Shown: piece after piece, positions 55,309-61,064 of the stretch
How positions within the stretch are numbered: the stretch's first letter is position 1
How the letters are laid out: each line of letters opens with the position of its first letter
Assembly: GCA_964636785.1 (NCBI GenBank)
Contig: CAZWVK010000003.1
Span: 1 to 61,064, forward strand
DNA length: 61,064 nucleotides
Direction of reading: 5' to 3'
From: an uncultured Pseudobdellovibrionaceae bacterium
GTDB lineage: Bacteria; Bdellovibrionota; Bdellovibrionia; Bdellovibrionales; UBA1609
Translations under genes and position numbers: made by a program
The notes under the pieces: model-generated
Told to the model about the DNA's origin: nothing
What the model saw: only the letters and a program-made list of their open reading frames with translations
Database searches by the model: none

Positions 55309-57306
55309 ATGGCTAGGCTTATTGCCGTATTGATTGTTTTATTTCCATTGTCATTTGTTCGCGTGGATCAAAGAGGCCAAGCTATATCACCCGTTCTTAT
55401 TCAGCTTGAAAAAGCATCACCTGCATTCGCGGCCTTTGAAGACATGCTGAACGATTACACAGAAGACACTATATACGAAACTGCGAAACAAGCTGTTCAT
55501 CTTTCAAGCGGTGAAATATATGTGCCCGATCATCAAGATCAACACACTCCAGTTCTCTTAACGATCAAACCTCTTAAAATCAAAAAACAGTCTGAGCTTG
55601 TGGCAAGTCTCCCAGAGTGGAAGGATTCAGAATCTTTGCCATCCATTGCGGAGCGAAAAGAAATCTTAGTTGCGAAGCTTTCAAAAGAGATTCTTAGACA
55701 ACCATCACCCGCCGAGCGTGCGCAAGAATTGGTAAAAAAAGAATTGATGAATCGAGATGATGACGTTCGTAAAGTCGCCACGGCATCGGGCGGAGCAATC
55801 ATTGTAAAGAAACCTTCCAGCACCTCCTACTCACCTTATATCCAATCCTCTGGGAGCAACGATAATCCAGCTTCTAATGACGGACACTTTATAACCGGTC
55901 CAATTCGAGTTTCGGGCGGAGTCGGCGAAGCTGGGGAATATTCCAAATGGAGAATTTATCGCGAGCTGAATGGCCGTGTTGCAGAGACGGGGTCTATCAA
56001 TATCTCCGAAGGAGAATTCTCAATCCGCGTGCAAGACAAAACTGGATTTATTGTCGCAGAAGTTGCGGACCATTTTGGCCGAGTATATGGGAAGGGGCGC
56101 GTGTCGCTTCAAGAAGATCTTTTAGCTCTTAAAGTTACACCCGTTACATCCACAACCATCGCAGCTTATACAGGGGATGATTCAGTCCCGACAACATATA
56201 AACCGTTTGGAAACGCATTGCTTGAAACCCAGAGCGAAAAACCAATCGATGTTTCCCATTACTCAGACAATTCACATTTCTTTATTGAAGCTCAAACAAG
56301 AAATCATTTTTCAACAGTGATGATTGGATTTCTTGATTCACTCAAACAGATTCCTCTTTATAAAGACAAAGCGATCAAAGCATTTCGCTCTATTGTTAAG
56401 GGATTTTATCGTGCGATCGATGTTCAGGATCTCGCATTGGTTTGGGGACAAGTTCTAAGAGATGGCCGACCTGTCGAGGGGGCGCAAGTTGAAATTGCAA
56501 CCGGCGAGGGACGAACTATTTATTTCAATGAAATTGGAATACCACGCGGCCAGCTTCAGGAAACAACCTCTTATGGACAGTTTGCGATTGCAAATATTCC
56601 TGAAGGCGTTCAAAGCGTACGGGTATTATATGATGGTCAAACCTTTCCAGCTCAAATTTTTCCAACACTCGCTGGCAAGATTTCGCAATTGAATCTGGAA
56701 GTTCCAACTCAAAGTTTTCACCAGCTTTTGCGAGTTTTCTCGCTTACGGAGAATCATATTGAACCTTCCGCATCAGTAAGGATTCTAGGTTTGGATGAGC
56801 ATATTGAGATCGATGGCTCGGCTGAAATCCCAATACCAGAGCTTGCGGCCGGGGTGACCATTGAAGTCGATGCAGGAATGAATTTTGAAATGTTTAGAAC
56901 TCATCTCCCTCGTTTAAGCACAAATATGGAAATTCATCTGCCCATTATAAAGACAGAGTGGCTGAATCAGATTATGAATTCAGCTCAGGTGAACTTAGAC
57001 CGACGAATGGGCCTTGCGTTCGGATTTGCTGGGCCGTCTGATGCAGAAGTGAAACTACTGAAGAATCAGCAAGGATTACACCGAATTATTTTCTTTGATA
57101 AAGAATTTAATTACTATCCAGGAAATGTTGCGCCGGCTGGTGGTGGGTTTATTGCTGTTAATCTACCTTTAGGTTTTCAGACTTTGGAAGTACGTGGACT
57201 GCATTCAATGCAAGCGCATGCAGAGAGTTTTGTTTCAGAGCCGTACTTTCTTAATTTGATTGGAAGCCAACGTTTTATCAACATCCGCGGGCAAGAAAAC
57301 CTTTAG
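55309..57306 (+). CDS. Hypothetical large secreted protein with a carboxypeptidase-regulatory-like (prealbumin fold) segment
   Basis: 665 aa. It has a signal peptide. The segment GQVLRDGRPVEGAQVEIATGEGRTIYFNEIG...GQFAIANIPEGVQSVRVLYDG resembles CarboxypepD_reg. Confidence 0.55.
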   Translation: MARLIAVLIVLFPLSFVRVDQRGQAISPVLIQLEKASPAFAAFEDMLNDYTEDTIYETAKQAVHLSSGEIYVPDHQDQHTPVLLTIKPLKIKKQSELVASLPEWKDSESLPSIAERKEILVAKLSKEILRQPSPAERAQELVKKELMNRDDDVRKVATASGGAIIVKKPSSTSYSPYIQSSGSNDNPASNDGHFITGPIRVSGGVGEAGEYSKWRIYRELNGRVAETGSINISEGEFSIRVQDKTGFIVAEVADHFGRVYGKGRVSLQEDLLALKVTPVTSTTIAAYTGDDSVPTTYKPFGNALLETQSEKPIDVSHYSDNSHFFIEAQTRNHFSTVMIGFLDSLKQIPLYKDKAIKAFRSIVKGFYRAIDVQDLALVWGQVLRDGRPVEGAQVEIATGEGRTIYFNEIGIPRGQLQETTSYGQFAIANIPEGVQSVRVLYDGQTFPAQIFPTLAGKISQLNLEVPTQSFHQLLRVFSLTENHIEPSASVRILGLDEHIEIDGSAEIPIPELAAGVTIEVDAGMNFEMFRTHLPRLSTNMEIHLPIIKTEWLNQIMNSAQVNLDRRMGLAFGFAGPSDAEVKLLKNQQGLHRIIFFDKEFNYYPGNVAPAGGGFIAVNLPLGFQTLEVRGLHSMQAHAESFVSEPYFLNLIGSQRFINIRGQENL

Positions 57307-58482
57307 CCCTTTTGGTAGGAGGCTATTCTTCTTAACCGCATTGGCCAGATCCAGATTAAATCTTACGAATTCCTCTTCAGACAATTTATAACGCTTGAGC
57401 AATGTCTTCGGGCGTGTCGGTTTTTGAATCTGAGTAATAATAAACTTCTTCTCAGGAAGACGGTGAATATCATCAAACATCAGTTCGTGATATTTTTCAG
57501 CATGAAGTGCAGCCAGAAAGCAGGAATAAAAATTTGAAGAAGCGAATTTAAAATCACCCTTATGATAGCGACTGATAATCGTTGGTAAATGCTCTGACTT
57601 CGCAGCCTTAATGGCCTTTCGAATATTTCCAATTCCATGGTTGTAAGATGTTATTGTAAGCGGCCAGCTTTTTAGTGACCGATGATAACTCTTCAGCAAT
57701 CGTCCGGCCGCTTTTGTGGCTTTTAAAGGATTGTTTCTTTCATCAACGAAATCAGTGACTTTCATATAGGCTTTGCCCGTTCGTGGCATAATTTGCCAAA
57801 TTCCACTCGCTCCAACCCGGCTTTTTGCTTTCGTATTGAAACTCGACTCGACGAATGGCATTCGTGTGAGTTCTTTTGGAAGGCCTTGTGATTCAAACTC
57901 TTCTTCCATATGAGAGAGATAATAGGTGCTCTGTTCAAGGCCGGAATGGAAAAAGTCTTTTTGCCCAAGCTGGGTTCTCACTGAAGACGCAGCCAATGAG
58001 AGCTTTTTTTTCAAAGATGACCCAGGCGTTTCTTTAATGAGCTTCAAATATCTTTTGTGGTTTTCAGTTGGAGTTCGTGATGGGTTCTTTGCCAATTGTT
58101 TTAATATCTTTTGAACTTCGGCCTTTCGAGAGTTCACGAATTTCTGCGCGCGCTCTTTTCTTAGCCACAGCGGCCCTTTGCCACTTTGGACTCGAGCTGT
58201 GACATCAATCACCTCGTAGACGATCCAAGGATAACGGACATGATGAATAACGTGATGGTTTGAACCAAATACAGTGTATATATCAAACCAGAAAGAAACC
58301 CTGTCTTTAAGATCCTTTGGAACTTTAAATTCTGGAGAAATTCGCTGCGCAAAATCAGACAGAATCAACTCGCGCTTTTCATCTAAAGGCGAGGATTTAT
58401 CAATGGCAAATGCCACAGTGGTGAACGAAAGAGAGACTAAAACTGAGAGCCCTAAGGCTATAAAGCGCCGCACAGACATCAA
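57235..58482 (-). CDS. Lytic murein transglycosylase (SLT domain, MltD-like)
   Basis: 415 aa. It has a signal peptide. The catalytic region is FVESSFNTKAKSRVGASGIWQIMPRTG. The C-terminus is degenerate LysM-like. Confidence 0.85.
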   Translation of the reverse strand: MMSVRRFIALGLSVLVSLSFTTVAFAIDKSSPLDEKRELILSDFAQRISPEFKVPKDLKDRVSFWFDIYTVFGSNHHVIHHVRYPWIVYEVIDVTARVQSGKGPLWLRKERAQKFVNSRKAEVQKILKQLAKNPSRTPTENHKRYLKLIKETPGSSLKKKLSLAASSVRTQLGQKDFFHSGLEQSTYYLSHMEEEFESQGLPKELTRMPFVESSFNTKAKSRVGASGIWQIMPRTGKAYMKVTDFVDERNNPLKATKAAGRLLKSYHRSLKSWPLTITSYNHGIGNIRKAIKAAKSEHLPTIISRYHKGDFKFASSNFYSCFLAALHAEKYHELMFDDIHRLPEKKFIITQIQKPTRPKTLLKRYKLSEEEFVRFNLDLANAVKKNSLLPKGLKVFLPADVDKTLASNQIKKVRL

Positions 58483-58673
58483 AATCCATTAAAGCAAGAT
58501 TGATGCCCTGCATATAGATCGAACCTATTGAATCTCCTGACGAAATCTCGCTTTGGGATGTCAAAACTACCGCCTTATGACTAAAAGTGTCACAGCGTCA
58601 GATGCCTTTATCATTGATTTGAGGATGGCCTTTTGTCACTGTAGTTAGGAAATGAAACCCCGTGGAGGAACCT

Positions 58674-58868
58674 ATGTCTGAAGTTTTAGTGGTTACAAGC
58701 AAAGTAAAAAAATTCATTAAAGAGCAAGGCGGTTGCAATACTTCTGGTGAAACCATCGATATGTTGAGCAAAGCCGTTGAGAGACTTTGCCAAAAAGGAA
58801 TGGATTCAGCGAAGGCAGATGGCCGTAAAACGGTTATGGCTCGCGATATCGTTATCGATCACCTTTAA
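58674..58868 (+). CDS. Bacterial histone-fold protein (HBb/Bd0055-like)
   Basis: 64 aa: MSEVLVVTSKVKKFIKEQGGCNTSGETIDMLSKAVERLCQKGMDSAKADGRKTVMARDIVIDHL. It has an alpha1-L1-alpha2-L2-alpha3 layout. The GRKTV..RDI signature parallels archaeal HMfB GRKTIKAEDI. A strong SD (GGAGGA) lies 5 nt upstream. Confidence 0.85.
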   Translation: MSEVLVVTSKVKKFIKEQGGCNTSGETIDMLSKAVERLCQKGMDSAKADGRKTVMARDIVIDHL

Positions 58869-58871
58869 TCT

Positions 58872-60956
<2,085 letters not shown>

Positions 60957-61064
60957 TTACCACTGATCTTTCCCGAGACACGATCTAATGCATTGCCCCA
61001 GGCCGAGAGGACGTTGCCACCCCTCTTCTTTGTTGATTAGTTTACGAGGCATGATTTCAAAAGA

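Noticed and set aside
60957-61064. An open minus-strand frame running to the window edge (..SFEIMPRKLINKEEGWQRPLGLGQCIRSCLGKDQW*), just upstream of ligA.
   Set aside because: Only 36 codons are visible and I recognise no family. It could be the 3' end of a gene that continues beyond the window, or non-coding DNA.

Overview
This window is a core, origin-proximal chromosome segment, most likely from a Bdellovibrio-like predatory bacterium (Bdellovibrionota). That inference rests on gene content and on a small histone-fold gene resembling the one I recall from B. bacteriovorus. The centre is the replication origin neighbourhood. On the minus strand it reads rpmH-rnpA-yidD-yidC-jag-mnmE-mnmG-rsmG, then parA-parB-bactofilin, then atpF'FHAGDC. 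On the plus strand it reads dnaA-(oriC)-dnaN-recF-gyrB-gyrA-TPR lipoprotein-atpZ-atpI-atpB-atpE. Gene orientation switches at about 17.3-17.5 kb. A DnaA-box cluster, a DnaA-trio-like tract and an AT-rich stretch sit in the dnaA-dnaN gap. Two parS palindromes sit next to parA. The right half is housekeeping and envelope genes: PMM/PGM, pdxA, three tandem SurA/parvulin chaperones, DUF374, etfBA, sdhCAB, a secreted S8 protease, an alpha/beta hydrolase, an FHA protein, rpsF-DUF2232-rplI, an orphan CopG/BrnA-type antitoxin, dnaB, fis-like, queE, ftsK, dapAB, tal, a lytic transglycosylase, the histone-fold gene and ligA. I saw no rRNA or tRNA genes, no CRISPR array, no transposase or integrase and no recognisable defence island. 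I also cannot point to a convincing novel multi-gene system. The most interesting items are: (1) the bacterial histone-fold gene; (2) the ParABS-bactofilin module with parS sites bracketing an odd lipoprotein gene; (3) a DUF374 gene with no canonical start codon, lying in frame directly behind the etfA stop; (4) an ATP synthase split into two operons on opposite sides of oriC, with a signal-peptide-like extension on subunit c; (5) a cysteine-less CUB-like domain on the S8 protease; and (6) two unusually long structured intergenic regions (39.66-40.30 kb and 45.66-46.15 kb). All coordinates for small motifs were counted by hand and may be off by 1-2 nt.
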